Below, piece by piece: positions 63,795-64,000 of a stretch of DNA of 64,000 nucleotides. The stretch's first letter is position 1, and each line of letters opens with the position of its first letter. A model generated the notes under the pieces. It was given only the letters and a program-made list of their open reading frames with translations. It was not told the origin of the DNA and made no database searches. The stretch covers positions 148,844 through 212,843 of the forward strand of contig CAVWXP010000007.1 in the NCBI GenBank assembly GCA_963759175.1, in the 5' to 3' direction. The position numbers were made by a program, and so were the translations under genes. Source of the DNA: an uncultured Acidimicrobiia bacterium. GTDB lineage: Bacteria > Actinomycetota > Acidimicrobiia > Spongiisociales > UBA5794.

Positions 63795-64000
63795 GGGCCT
63801 TCCGCCGTGATGAGGCGGATCGGTTCGAACGTCGCCCGCGCCGTTGCCTGCACTGCCACGTTCCCGATCCCGAGCACGGACACCGACCGTGTCACGGTGA
63901 CCTCGACCGTTCGGGGGTTCCACGACGCGTCGATCGGGCACACACACCGCACGAGGCGGGCACCGTTGAGCGAGGCGAACCTCGCCGCCTCCTGGGCTGG

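Noticed and set aside
63539-64000. A minus-strand ORF that enters from the right edge and continues for 250+ nt antisense into the aminotransferase gene.
   Set aside because: The aminotransferase C-terminus is typical and complete up to its stop at 63794. A real convergent gene would not overlap it by more than 250 nt. This is probably a spurious open frame, or at most the fragment of a neighbouring gene whose end I cannot place.
1-64000. CRISPR arrays, integrases, transposases, phage structural genes and known defence operons (RM, CBASS, retron, TA pairs).
   Set aside because: I found no repeat-spacer periodicity and no ORF with recombinase, transposase or phage hallmark motifs. The only mobile-type gene is the DUF222-HNH endonuclease next to tRNA-Thr.

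Overview
This is a high-GC (about 68-70%) actinobacterial chromosomal segment. Its backbone is a conserved housekeeping core, almost all on the minus strand and all intact. It runs from radA (partial) and a BMP-type nucleoside ABC uptake operon through clpC, lysS-coaX-panC-DUF2520, folK-folP-ftsH, hpt-tilS, the sigH-rshA pair, epimerase-plsC-holB-tmk-topA, a GT4 glycosyltransferase, a tandem histidine phosphatase, trkH-trkA, hppA, an LCP protein and an aminotransferase. Accessory loci sit between these blocks, and their large genes are clearly broken by frameshifts and in-frame stop codons. They are a LAL-type LuxR regulator, a roughly 3.9 kb beta-helix/He_PIG/SdrD-B/IPT/TSP3 surface-adhesin gene, a SARP (AfsR-like) regulator, a gene with three SLH-like repeats, and an S9 peptidase. 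The rest of the window is intact secreted or lipoproteins, a PfkB-kinase fusion protein, a glycoside-hydrolase-like/CBM lipoprotein, a cupin, and a tRNA-Thr(CGU) with a DUF222-HNH endonuclease beside it. I saw no CRISPR array, prophage or recognisable defence operon. The strongest signal is gene decay confined to accessory genes, alongside some unusual fusions (FolK-TesB, PfkB-unknown domain). Coordinates rest on the supplied ORF track; small motifs I indexed by hand may be off by 1-2 nt.
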